38,911 bases of DNA from a virus. Its lineage: Duplodnaviria > Caudoviricetes. The notes below the pieces were generated by a model. That model was not told where the DNA came from. It saw only the letters and a list, made by a program, of their open reading frames with translations, and ran no database searches. Made by a program: the position numbers and the translations under genes. The stretch spans positions 1 through 38,911 of the IMG/VR virus record IMGVR_UViG_3300032225_001942, one strand, 5' to 3'. How positions within the stretch are numbered: position 1 is the first letter of the stretch; every line of letters starts with the position of its first letter. Positions 27,655-37,460 of this stretch are shown one piece after another.

Positions 27655-29081
27655 TGGCAGGAAAATGGAAACCAGGTGTACCTGCTCCAGAACGAAAAGA
27701 CGTAGCTCTTTTAAGTGATGCTAAAAAAGCTGCAAATAAAGCACTTGCTGCCGCAAAAGTTAAAGAAGAAGAAGCAGCAAAACTTTCTACTCTTAAAAAA
27801 AGATTAAAAGATTTAGAAAGCACTCAAAAAAAAGCTAAAGCAGATATTACAGCGTATGATAATGCAATTAAAGATTTTCAAACGCGAATAATTAATCTTT
27901 GCAAATTGTCTACCCCTTATTTAACACCTTATGGGCCAAGAACGCCAAATGCTGTTGAAGCACAACAGATACTAGACTGGTCAAAAGCTATTGATGTTCG
28001 TGTTGCACTAAAGAAAACACTTGCAAACCAACATAAAACAGCTTCTGACCAAATTGCTTCAATAAATAGTGATATTTATAAACTTACTCATTTGTCTACT
28101 TCACACATTACTCCTAAAGTTAAATCAAATAATAACAATAACAACGCCTCTAACGGCGCAGATGGGCTAGTTCCTCCCCCTCAACCTAATGCTGATGAAG
28201 TAGTCTATGAATATAATGCTCCAATGATTAAAACTGGCTACCTTAATCCTTTTGGCCCACAAGGTAACGCAGTTGCAGACAAAAAATCAATGGCTTCACC
28301 TACATTTCAAAATGCAAGAAATGCTTGGAAAGACGCAGTTCCATCTAGAGGAACAATCCAAACCAGTAAAGTATTTGCAGCATCTTTTCCTACAGCAAAG
28401 CCAACAAAAACTAAGGGAAGAAGAAAATCTGAGCAACCTTGTGGGTTTAGATTTTTGTATAACCCAACTGATGTGTCTATGGCTTGGGGAATTGTTGATG
28501 CGTTTTCACCTGAGTATGCTCAAAGCGGTTCCAATGGAATGTCAGGAGTAGCTATAGGCCTTATGAAAGGCGTCATTAGTTTTAGTTTACTTTTAAACCG
28601 CATAGGTGATATGAATTACTTAAATCAGTACGGTTTAATGACCTCAGTTGATACTTCCGCTTTTGTTCCTGGAGTAGACCCAGCGCAACGCAATTCTGCA
28701 TACAACAAAGCTTATGCAGCTTCAAACCCATACCCAGAAACAGTTTCAATTGAAGACCAACAAAGTATTTACACCAGAGGCACAATGTATGATTTAGAAT
28801 ACCTGTTTAGAGCTATGGGAGGACCATACGCACAATATGAATCTGGACTAAATGGGTTAACTGCTGATGCAGGTTGGTTACAGCCAATACCTCTAGAGTT
28901 ACACTTAGGAGCAGGTCTTAGATACCTAGTTCGCGTGTCTTCTTTAGATGTAAAACACATCATGTTTAATGACCGAATGGTCCCAACTCTTTCAACAGTC
29001 AATCTAACTTGCACTCGTTATTACGATTCTCCAGATGCATTTGATAACTCTTGGTACGCTCCTGAATCAGCTACAAACTAA
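27654..29081 (+). CDS. Putative tail tube initiator with N-terminal coiled coil
   Basis: FRFLYNP, I.F.LLLNR, V..L.V....F..RMVP....V; follows tape measure. Confidence 0.55.
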   Translation: MAGKWKPGVPAPERKDVALLSDAKKAANKALAAAKVKEEEAAKLSTLKKRLKDLESTQKKAKADITAYDNAIKDFQTRIINLCKLSTPYLTPYGPRTPNAVEAQQILDWSKAIDVRVALKKTLANQHKTASDQIASINSDIYKLTHLSTSHITPKVKSNNNNNNASNGADGLVPPPQPNADEVVYEYNAPMIKTGYLNPFGPQGNAVADKKSMASPTFQNARNAWKDAVPSRGTIQTSKVFAASFPTAKPTKTKGRRKSEQPCGFRFLYNPTDVSMAWGIVDAFSPEYAQSGSNGMSGVAIGLMKGVISFSLLLNRIGDMNYLNQYGLMTSVDTSAFVPGVDPAQRNSAYNKAYAASNPYPETVSIEDQQSIYTRGTMYDLEYLFRAMGGPYAQYESGLNGLTADAGWLQPIPLELHLGAGLRYLVRVSSLDVKHIMFNDRMVPTLSTVNLTCTRYYDSPDAFDNSWYAPESATN

Positions 29082-29100
29082 ATTACGAAAGGTTAAATAA

Positions 29101-29376
29101 ATGATATTTCTTGATAGTCGTTACGCAGATGCCACAATCTTTAAAGCTAGGGATGCAAGAACGTCTCAGTTTAATTTAACTGCTTTTAGAACTTGGCCTT
29201 CTTACACAACGCGGTACTTCATTTATGAGTGGGTTGAAAATGACCGTTTGGATAATTTAGCAAATAAATTTTTATACAACTCAAACTTGTGGTACAAAAT
29301 TCTAGACATTAATCCCGAGATTATTGACCCAACCGTTATTTCTCCTGGTACACAGATACGGATACCAAATGCGTGA
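29101..29376 (+). CDS. LysM-like baseplate protein (P2 gpX / T4 gp53-like)
   Basis: DRLDNLA.KF..N..LW..I.D.NP......I.PGTQIRIP. Confidence 0.8.
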   Translation: MIFLDSRYADATIFKARDARTSQFNLTAFRTWPSYTTRYFIYEWVENDRLDNLANKFLYNSNLWYKILDINPEIIDPTVISPGTQIRIPNA

Positions 29377-30622
29377 CCCAGAAATTCAAAATAGATACGG
29401 GAATGCATTTGAAGTTACTTTTCCTGATTTTCCAGGATTTGACCAAACACCGTACTCGTTTACGCTCATACAAAAAATGGGCCACCATGATACCGTTCAG
29501 CTTTTTTACAGCTCTTTAAACATAAACTATCTAAAAGCTTTTTCGTCAGGAGTTGCTGTGGAAGTTAGGTGGTCTAATGATGCTGCAACAGGTGTTTTTC
29601 TTGGGTATGTAACTGACTTAGACTACCCAACTTCATCAGCAATACAAAAACCTTTAACAATTACTTGTTCTGGAACGTCTTTTCCTTTGAAAGAAAAGCT
29701 TCATAAAATATGGAAAAACGTAACAGCAAGTGAAGTGGTAACTCAAATAGCAATATTCAATAAACTAAAACCAGTTGTAACACAATCGGACGTTAGATTT
29801 CCTCAGATATCTTTTTCAGGACATTCACAATGGGAAAAATTACAAGAGTTATCAAAACGAATGGGATATGCTTGTCAAGTTTATGGTGTAGAACTTCACT
29901 TTCATCCTATTGATGTAATGTTAAATAGGTTTTTAACAATTATGCCAGTCATGGCATTTTTAGACCAAACAGTTACCCCAATGAACCAATTTGCATCTCA
30001 AACTCTAGACCATTTTGAATCAGTCCAAGGAGATTTAGGAGAGTTTCAGGGCAACTCAAAGGCCACAAAAGTATTAGGTGGAGTAGACCCTTTAACTGGC
30101 AAACTATACAAAACTACAGCTAATCCAAATACTGTTGGTAAATCCTTGCGATTAAAAACTAAAGACCCTTTGTTCTATGACATAGACACAAGTGTTGTTG
30201 TTACTGATGGTTTAACTTCTCAAAGTTTAGCAAATGCAAAAGCACAACTAGGAAGATTAACTACTCCTGGGTATGGATTTGGGCAGGGTGACCCACGAAT
30301 CGCTCCTTGGAGAACAATAGAAGTACGTGGCACTGGAGAAAAAAGTGACGGGTATTGGGTTGTCTCCGACGTTGTACACACAGTAAATGCAGACGGTAAA
30401 TACAAAGTGGAGTTTAATTGTGTGGTAGATAGCTCAGGAGCAAACAAACAGTCAGCTTTTAGGCCATCAAATGCTGGGATGGTCCCAACAGTTGACCTAA
30501 ATGCGGCTATTACATCAGGTGCAAACACGGTTACAACATATAAACTAAGTAATCCAGAACCTATGACAAATCAAAGTTCAACAGGGTATAACGTAGTTCC
30601 AAGAAGGTGGGTAGCGGTTTAA
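29369..30622 (+). CDS. Baseplate hub protein (gpD/gp27-like)
   Basis: W.NVTASEVV..IA, S.WE.L..L, GDPRI.P...I.V.G.G...DGYW.V..V.H; likely ATG at 29369. Confidence 0.75.
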   Translation: MRDPEIQNRYGNAFEVTFPDFPGFDQTPYSFTLIQKMGHHDTVQLFYSSLNINYLKAFSSGVAVEVRWSNDAATGVFLGYVTDLDYPTSSAIQKPLTITCSGTSFPLKEKLHKIWKNVTASEVVTQIAIFNKLKPVVTQSDVRFPQISFSGHSQWEKLQELSKRMGYACQVYGVELHFHPIDVMLNRFLTIMPVMAFLDQTVTPMNQFASQTLDHFESVQGDLGEFQGNSKATKVLGGVDPLTGKLYKTTANPNTVGKSLRLKTKDPLFYDIDTSVVVTDGLTSQSLANAKAQLGRLTTPGYGFGQGDPRIAPWRTIEVRGTGEKSDGYWVVSDVVHTVNADGKYKVEFNCVVDSSGANKQSAFRPSNAGMVPTVDLNAAITSGANTVTTYKLSNPEPMTNQSSTGYNVVPRRWVAV

Positions 30623-31026
30623 TGCTTACTGAAAAAGCTATTTCACTTCCTTTTTCTATTGATTCTTTTGGTAAAATTGGAACAACTACAGACCAAACAA
30701 AAATTTGGGCTGACAAAGTCAGGTCTGTGTTGGGAACTTCAATTCGTGAAAGGGTTATGAGACCTACTTTTGGGACGTTAATTCCTTTCTCGCTGTTTAA
30801 CTCTATTGACAATGCTGTTGAAGAAATTGAGGATGAGGTTAAACGTGCTTTTAGCAAACAACTTCAACTTCTTTCGTTATCAAGAGTGTTAGTTGAACAA
30901 ATTTCTCCAACAAATGACTTAAAAATAACGGTCGTGTATTCTTTGCCTAATCAAGAAATAGTAAAAACATCAATTGGATACGTAGCTATTCAAGGAAATA
31001 CCCCAATATACGAGGAGTTACAATGA
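30622..31026 (+). CDS. Baseplate wedge protein gp25/GPW-like
   Basis: LPF, L.T...ERVMRPTFG; TAATG coupling at 30622. Confidence 0.85.
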   Translation: MLTEKAISLPFSIDSFGKIGTTTDQTKIWADKVRSVLGTSIRERVMRPTFGTLIPFSLFNSIDNAVEEIEDEVKRAFSKQLQLLSLSRVLVEQISPTNDLKITVVYSLPNQEIVKTSIGYVAIQGNTPIYEELQ

Positions 31027-33044
31027 GCACTGCACCAGTATCAAACATACCTGTTTCAATTGATTACACTGGACGCGATTACTACTCCATTCGTGAACAA
31101 CTAATTGCTAGAATACAAGAACGTATTCCAGAATGGAACGCTTCAGACCCTGCAGATTTTGGTCTAGCATTGGTAGAAGCCTTTGCTTATATGGGAGATT
31201 TGTTATCGTATTACGTTGATAGAACGGCGAACGAGTTCTCTTTAGCAACAGCTACACAGAGAAATAGCCTTTTAAATATTGCTCAAACTTACGGGTACAT
31301 ACCTGCTGGATACCGCAATGCTTTAATTGACGTTACGTTTTTTAACAACAACAACTCTTCTTCTTCTGGAACATTGACTTCCGCAGTGGGTAATGGGACT
31401 ACAATTACTTATTATGGAAGTAATGCTTATGTAGTTAACGGCATTGTAACTGTAACTGGGTTTAGCACATCTTCGTTTAACGTTACTAGTGCAACCATTA
31501 CCTCTGTTTCTGCAACGCAATTTACTGTTTCTGTAACAGGAGTAAGCGGAACAGCAAGTGGTACTGGAGCATCTACCATGGTTTACCCAGCCATATCACT
31601 TCCAGCTGGGACAGTAGTAAGCGGAAGTGTTATAACAGGAGACGTTGTAACCCCCGTATATTTCTCCACACTATCTGATGCAATTGTCCCAGCATCCTCT
31701 ACTGCAACGGTTTCTGCTGAAGAAGGGCGTTATATAAACGCAATTGATTCAACAGCTGATGCCGTTTACGGACAGCAAATTGGTGTATCTAATCAATCCC
31801 CAAACATGAGTTTTGAGTTGCCAAACACACCTGTTGTAGATGGTTCTCTTTCTGTGTACGTACAATACGGAGATATTTATTCTAAATGGACTCAAGTGCA
31901 GCATCTATTAGACTACGGTCCAACAGATTTGGTATTCACTGCCAAAAGTGATGACAATAACATTGTGTCTGTTTATTTTGGAGACGGAGTTTCTGGAGCC
32001 ATACCTGTAGCTAGTTCAGTAATTAAAGCAATGTACACTGTAGGAGGTGGAAATTCTGGAAACATTTCTGCAAATATTATTGACACAATTTCGTACATTC
32101 CAGGTAGCACAACTTCTGCTACTACTGCTCTTTCGTCTGCTATTACAGTGTCAAATGGTTTTGCCGCTGTAGGCGGAGCAGACCCTGAAAGCAATGATGA
32201 AATTAGAGCGTCTGCACCATTATCTTTAAGAGCTTCAAACAGAGCTGTAACGTTACAAGATTATGAAGATTTAGCTATATCAGTTACTGGTGTTGGTAAA
32301 GCAAACGCATATGCTTCAACGTGGACTTCGGTAACTGTGTATATCGCACCCTCAAGAGGAGTCAATGACACAGACGTACAACCTGGACTTAACAGTTCGG
32401 GTACAGTTACCGCAGAGTACACAGAATTAGCAACCAACGTTTCTTCTTACTTGTCAGATAAAATTTTAATAGGAAGCACTGTAACAGTGCAACCTCCCGT
32501 GTATTCAGACCTAGTTGTAACTGTTCAATACATAAAGTTAAACCAATACACACAATCTGAAGTAGATGTAAACATTAAAAAATCATTACTAACAGTTTAT
32601 GGATATACTGGAATGCAATTCCAAGACACTATTTACCCACAAGACATTGAGTATATTTTAAATCAAACTGAGGGTGTAAAAACAGCGAAGTTAACCGCTT
32701 TGTACAAAAATGGTTCTACAATTACTGGAAACGCAACAAACGTAAAGGTAGGTTACAACTTAGATACAGTGGCATCGGGATACATTACTTACACTGTTAA
32801 CCAACGACATGCTATGAAATCTGGAGGAACAGTTACTGTAACTTCGTTGTCTGCTAGTGGGTTTAACGTCTCAAATGCACCTATAGTTGCTGTTGATGAT
32901 TACCGATTTGTAGTAGCTAATGCAACCACTGGAACAGCTTCTGGAACAGGTATTGTTACAGGTATTGCTCCTCTTACGGGATTCTCTAACGAAATCTTTA
33001 GGTTTAAAGAAAGCAACATGAATATCGGTGCTTATAGTGGATGA
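31023..33044 (+). CDS. Baseplate J / gp6-like wedge protein
   Basis: DYT.RDY, DFG..LVE.FAY.GD, FGDG..G.IP, GGADPES, RAVTL.DY. Confidence 0.9.
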   Translation: MSTAPVSNIPVSIDYTGRDYYSIREQLIARIQERIPEWNASDPADFGLALVEAFAYMGDLLSYYVDRTANEFSLATATQRNSLLNIAQTYGYIPAGYRNALIDVTFFNNNNSSSSGTLTSAVGNGTTITYYGSNAYVVNGIVTVTGFSTSSFNVTSATITSVSATQFTVSVTGVSGTASGTGASTMVYPAISLPAGTVVSGSVITGDVVTPVYFSTLSDAIVPASSTATVSAEEGRYINAIDSTADAVYGQQIGVSNQSPNMSFELPNTPVVDGSLSVYVQYGDIYSKWTQVQHLLDYGPTDLVFTAKSDDNNIVSVYFGDGVSGAIPVASSVIKAMYTVGGGNSGNISANIIDTISYIPGSTTSATTALSSAITVSNGFAAVGGADPESNDEIRASAPLSLRASNRAVTLQDYEDLAISVTGVGKANAYASTWTSVTVYIAPSRGVNDTDVQPGLNSSGTVTAEYTELATNVSSYLSDKILIGSTVTVQPPVYSDLVVTVQYIKLNQYTQSEVDVNIKKSLLTVYGYTGMQFQDTIYPQDIEYILNQTEGVKTAKLTALYKNGSTITGNATNVKVGYNLDTVASGYITYTVNQRHAMKSGGTVTVTSLSASGFNVSNAPIVAVDDYRFVVANATTGTASGTGIVTGIAPLTGFSNEIFRFKESNMNIGAYSG

Positions 33045-33543
33045 TACACGTAAACTTGTTGGGTTTTATAGAGGCGTTGTCCAGAACAATAAAGACCCAA
33101 TTAACCAACGTAGACTACAAGTTTTGGTTCCTCAAACAACAGGGGCGGAAGTTACAGATTGGGCTTGGCCTGTTGAGCCTCACGGCATTCATTCTGAGCC
33201 CCCAAAAGTTGGTCAAGGTGTTTGGGTGTCTTACATTTCTGGTGATTCTGAATACCCTGTTTGGATAGGTTCATTTGGAAAACATCAAGATGCCAGTAAA
33301 CCGTACTTAATAAACCCACTTTCAAACTCAGTTTTGTTATCTGATTTAACTTCGTATGTGATTGTTTCTTCAGAACCTGATGGAACTCAAGTGGTGGACC
33401 TTACAAAAACTATTTTAGCTATGGCAAATAAGTTGAAAAATTATGAGTCTAGAATAACGTCCATTGAGTCACAGCTAACCACTCTACACACTACTTTGGC
33501 AACTAGAACCAGCTCAAGCCACACCCACGGCAGCAATGGGTAG
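33037..33543 (+). CDS. Baseplate spike protein, gp5/gpV OB-fold
   Basis: YRGVV..N.DP....R..V.VP, WA.P, P.VG..VWV....GD...PVW.G; C-terminal HTH (HxH); start 33028 or 33037. Confidence 0.8.
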   Translation: MDDTRKLVGFYRGVVQNNKDPINQRRLQVLVPQTTGAEVTDWAWPVEPHGIHSEPPKVGQGVWVSYISGDSEYPVWIGSFGKHQDASKPYLINPLSNSVLLSDLTSYVIVSSEPDGTQVVDLTKTILAMANKLKNYESRITSIESQLTTLHTTLATRTSSSHTHGSNG

Positions 33544-33607
33544 TAGTTCACGCAGTAATTAGTCTATAAACCAACGAAAATAGAACATTAAAATGGAAAG
33601 GTAACCC

Positions 33608-34291
33608 ATGGCAACGTACTACCCAGGGAATATTAAAAACGACTTTAGCTCTAAAGTTGACTTTACAGACACAGTTATTGCTTCCCACATTAACGACCTA
33701 CAAGGCGAAGTTACATCTATTGAAACCGTTCTTGGAACTTTCCCATTAACCAGTTCTGGTTGGGGAACAACGGGGTTTGATACAACCACAACTACTTGGT
33801 CCACTGTTAAAGACCGTATAAACAACATTGAAGTAGGAATTGCCAATACACGTGCTCAGGTAGCAGCTATTTCTGCAGAAACTCTTCCTGGAACTACTCT
33901 TAAGTCAACAATCACTGGTTCATCTTTAGTTTCTTTTGGCACTTCACCAGTTTTAAACGACCCAAAAGTTTACATTAGCATCAATGCACAAACAGCAAAT
34001 TATGTTCCAGTCCTAGCAGATGCGGATAAACTTGTGACAATGACAGTTTCTTCGGCAAACACCTTTAAACTACCCACCAACGCCTCTGTAGCTTATCCGA
34101 TTGGCACTAAAATTAACGTGGCTCAGTTTGGAACTGGAACAACAACTATTTCTGCTGTAACACCAGCTACAACAACTATCGTTTCTGCAGGAGCAACTGT
34201 TGCAGCACCATACACTCGCGTTCAGTACGCTACAGCTACATGCATAAAAATTTCAACCGACACTTGGTTTGTACTAGGCGACATCCGATAA
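33608..34291 (+). CDS. Small fibre-like baseplate-associated protein
   Basis: A.H.N.LQ.EV..IE..LG N-terminus; C-terminal QTANY...L.D......LP.NA.VA.PIG...W...GD domain. Confidence 0.65.
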   Translation: MATYYPGNIKNDFSSKVDFTDTVIASHINDLQGEVTSIETVLGTFPLTSSGWGTTGFDTTTTTWSTVKDRINNIEVGIANTRAQVAAISAETLPGTTLKSTITGSSLVSFGTSPVLNDPKVYISINAQTANYVPVLADADKLVTMTVSSANTFKLPTNASVAYPIGTKINVAQFGTGTTTISAVTPATTTIVSAGATVAAPYTRVQYATATCIKISTDTWFVLGDIR

Positions 34292-34300
34292 GGATTTTAA

Positions 34301-36565
34301 ATGGCTAATTATGGTAATGCGGTATACGGAATATCTAAGTATGGTATCAATCCCCTGCTTGCGTACTCTGTTGAGCCAATGTCTTTGCTTGTTACCGACT
34401 TTAATGAAACATACTTATATTGGCAAACTCCAACAGGAACGTACAGTCGCGTTCGCATAGTTCGTAATCAAAATTCTTACCCAGAAACAGCAGAAGATGG
34501 AATCGTAGTTTACGAAACAGCAACTTCTACACTTACTAAAACAACGTTTAATGACGGCGGTGGAGTAGAAGACTTACCTACTACCCCCCCATTAGTTCCA
34601 GGTAAACCTATTTATTATAGATTATTTCTTTTTACTTCTTCTCAAGCTTGGGTAGTTGCAGGCTCTGTAGCTGCAGTGGTTCCAAAAGACCATGATACAT
34701 TTAAAAAACTATTGAATTTTTTGCCACGAGTTTATACAAGTAAAGAACAGAGTCCTCTATCACCAGTAGATGAAACTTCAGCATTATCGGTTTTTACAGA
34801 TGCTTTTGCGTTTGATTTAGAAGAAACCATCACTTACTTAGACTTGTTATTGCCAGACCACACTCGTATTTCTACAGTTGCTTCAATGATTCCTTTAGAA
34901 ACCGCAAACTATGCCTTGTTACAAGAACCTGGTTTACCAGTAAAAAATCAAAAACAACTTATACGTGAAGCTATTTATATGTATACACATAAAGGAACAG
35001 CCAATGGGTTAAGCACTTACGTTGAAGCACTTACGGGTTATGCCCCGACTATAACCGTATCAAATAACCTTTTGTTAAGCCCACAAGATTCTACTTTTTA
35101 CCAATCAACAGGTAACTGGACAAATACAAACACTTCCACTTTTGCAGCATCTACAGAACAAGTACCTGCTACAAACTCAAAAAATATTGATTTAAGTTAC
35201 ACCTGTAAAATTGTTGCTACGGGAGCGGGTTCAATGATATTAGGTTTTGACGACCCAGTACGAAAAGGTATCCCTGTAAATTCAGCTACTTACTACACAC
35301 TCTCTGCTCAAGTAAAATCACCAGCAAGTTCTGGAACAATAACTCCAACAATTACTTACCACGATGGTAAGGGTGTACAAATTGGAAGTTCTACATCTGG
35401 TACAGCAACTTCAGCAACTAACACTTGGGCACAAACATCTGTTAGCGCTAGAACAACTAAAAATGTTTCAGTGGCTGTCTCTACGGCTACGGGTGCTTCA
35501 GGAACCATTACTTACACAACTTCTGTAGACCACAATTTAGTAGCAGGAGAAACTGTAACTATTTCAGGATTTATAAGTTCCGATACTAGCTTTAACCTTA
35601 CTGGCGCAACAATAGCTGCAACACCCACTTCAACCACATTTACAATAACAAGTGGGGCAGCAACTGGGACTACAACTACGACAGGACTAGTTGAAAATGG
35701 AAAAACAGATGGTGTTTATGCTTCTGTAAAACTTGCTTGGTCTGCAGCTGGAACTTATTACGTAGATATGGTGTGCGTTCAAAGCGGTCAAACCGTTGCA
35801 TATGACGAAGCTCGTGCTATAGACATTTTTTTAAATCCTGATAAAACAAACTACGTTAAAAACCCAACATTTGAAACAAACGTAACAAACAGTTGGACAA
35901 AAGTAGGCACTAATCTGACTGTTACACAAGACATCAGTTATCCAACAGAGTCTTATTCTGGAACACACAGCGCAAAATTAGTAAACACAAGCGGTGCTTG
36001 GTCATACACTTCTAACACATTTTCAGTTGAAGAAGGTCAATATTACGCTTTATCTTTTTACAAAAAATCAACGGCAAATTTTACTGTAACATTAGTGGGA
36101 AGAGACTCACTAGGAACAGTTGTCTCTACTGGTGCTCCTACTCCTTACACAGTTTCTTCATCTTCGTCTTGGATTCAAGACAAATATATAGACACAATAA
36201 GAAGCACAACTGCTACTCCTGGAACTGCTCTTGTAGGTATTGGTTCTGGAATAACAACTTTTGAAGTGGTATTTTCAGGAACAGGAGCAAACACAATCTA
36301 CTTAGATTCTATTCAAGCAGAAAAAGCTCCTAAGTCAACAGACTATTTTGATGGAAGTTTGTCATCAATTAGCGGTAATCCGTTTGGCGCTATTTGGCAA
36401 GGCACGGTTGGTAACTCTTACTCTTCCGTATACAATAGCAAACCCCTTAAAGTCCCACGTTTAGGTTATACCCTAAAGGACTGGATGCCTCAAAACTCAT
36501 TCTGGCGTATTAGAAGTTATGAAAATTCATACCCACCAGAATACACAAACCTTACGGCGGTGTAG
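34301..36565 (+). CDS. Baseplate wedge / tail protein (P2 gpI-like) with carbohydrate-binding-like modules
   Basis: L..LP..Y, IREA..MY..KGT..GL..Y.EALTG; NLL...DSTF and NYVKNPTFE CBM4/9-like starts. Confidence 0.7.
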   Translation: MANYGNAVYGISKYGINPLLAYSVEPMSLLVTDFNETYLYWQTPTGTYSRVRIVRNQNSYPETAEDGIVVYETATSTLTKTTFNDGGGVEDLPTTPPLVPGKPIYYRLFLFTSSQAWVVAGSVAAVVPKDHDTFKKLLNFLPRVYTSKEQSPLSPVDETSALSVFTDAFAFDLEETITYLDLLLPDHTRISTVASMIPLETANYALLQEPGLPVKNQKQLIREAIYMYTHKGTANGLSTYVEALTGYAPTITVSNNLLLSPQDSTFYQSTGNWTNTNTSTFAASTEQVPATNSKNIDLSYTCKIVATGAGSMILGFDDPVRKGIPVNSATYYTLSAQVKSPASSGTITPTITYHDGKGVQIGSSTSGTATSATNTWAQTSVSARTTKNVSVAVSTATGASGTITYTTSVDHNLVAGETVTISGFISSDTSFNLTGATIAATPTSTTFTITSGAATGTTTTTGLVENGKTDGVYASVKLAWSAAGTYYVDMVCVQSGQTVAYDEARAIDIFLNPDKTNYVKNPTFETNVTNSWTKVGTNLTVTQDISYPTESYSGTHSAKLVNTSGAWSYTSNTFSVEEGQYYALSFYKKSTANFTVTLVGRDSLGTVVSTGAPTPYTVSSSSSWIQDKYIDTIRSTTATPGTALVGIGSGITTFEVVFSGTGANTIYLDSIQAEKAPKSTDYFDGSLSSISGNPFGAIWQGTVGNSYSSVYNSKPLKVPRLGYTLKDWMPQNSFWRIRSYENSYPPEYTNLTAV

Positions 36566-36568
36566 TAT
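36563..36568 (+). promoter_or_regulatory. Candidate -10 element for a leaderless transcript
   Basis: TAGTAT 6 nt upstream of ATG 36575, which has no SD. Confidence 0.45.
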
Positions 36569-36574
36569 GCGCCC

Positions 36575-36850
36575 ATGGTTAATTTACTTATATCAATAAT
36601 CCTTTCGGGTCTTGCAGTTACTTTTGCCATAGAACTTGTTTCTATTGGTTTAAGGATGTTCCTAGGTAAGGAAAAACTTTACTCCATATTGTCATTGCCA
36701 TTAAGCTTTGGCGCATTAACATGCTTCTACGAAATTAATTTAAAGTTTGTAGTTGCTGTACCAGCAATTTCTTTTATTGTGTTATTTATAAACAAATACA
36801 TAAATAAACCAATGGTTTTAGCTACACCACGCCGACTACCAACGCTTTAG
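36575..36850 (+). CDS. Small membrane protein (about 3 TM; holin-like topology)
   Basis: Three hydrophobic stretches and a basic C-terminus. Confidence 0.6.
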   Translation: MVNLLISIILSGLAVTFAIELVSIGLRMFLGKEKLYSILSLPLSFGALTCFYEINLKFVVAVPAISFIVLFINKYINKPMVLATPRRLPTL

Positions 36851-36857
36851 GAGCACA

Positions 36858-37451
36858 ATGAAAATAGCTGTTTTTTCAGAAGATGATTTAGATGTGTCAC
36901 GTGGCATTGATGAACTAATCACAAAATACTCCGAACAATCGCCCGAAGTACTTTTTCCAGTAAAGACAGATTACGACAATTTTTCTCAAAGCATTATCCG
37001 TAAATGTTTAGAGAACAAAGTGAAAGTAACTGCTTTCCTAAGTGATGCAACGGATGTAGGGCACATCATCAAACAAGTTGATGGGTTTGTAGTGTGCGAA
37101 GACCCAGTCAACGATTTATTAAGGCAACTATCTGCTGGGGATGCAATCGGCATTGTGTGGACTGATAGTTTTACAGACCACCTAATCGTTCACGCAATTG
37201 AAGATTTGGCTTTAGATACTTGGGATATAACTGATGGAATGGACCGAATTGAACTAGATGAGAACCAGTTTTTAGGCATGGACCCAGATGACCTGCATGA
37301 CGGAATGCATAAAGCTTTAGGAGTTTTTGTGGATATGATGAGCGCTTTCATAGCCAGCACGGTTATGGAATCGTTAGGTCAAGCCGTTGTGCAACACCTT
37401 AACGAGCAGATAGATAAAAAAGACATATCGCCATTTGAAGATGAGGAGTAA
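36858..37451 (+). CDS. Hypothetical acidic protein
   Basis: 197 aa ORF with SD AGGAG. Confidence 0.7.
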   Translation: MKIAVFSEDDLDVSRGIDELITKYSEQSPEVLFPVKTDYDNFSQSIIRKCLENKVKVTAFLSDATDVGHIIKQVDGFVVCEDPVNDLLRQLSAGDAIGIVWTDSFTDHLIVHAIEDLALDTWDITDGMDRIELDENQFLGMDPDDLHDGMHKALGVFVDMMSAFIASTVMESLGQAVVQHLNEQIDKKDISPFEDEE

Positions 37452-37460
37452 GCCAAGCCT

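Noticed and set aside
21695-33543. Extracellular contractile injection system or tailocin
   Set aside because: Capsid, head-tail joining and replication genes in the same window indicate a complete phage
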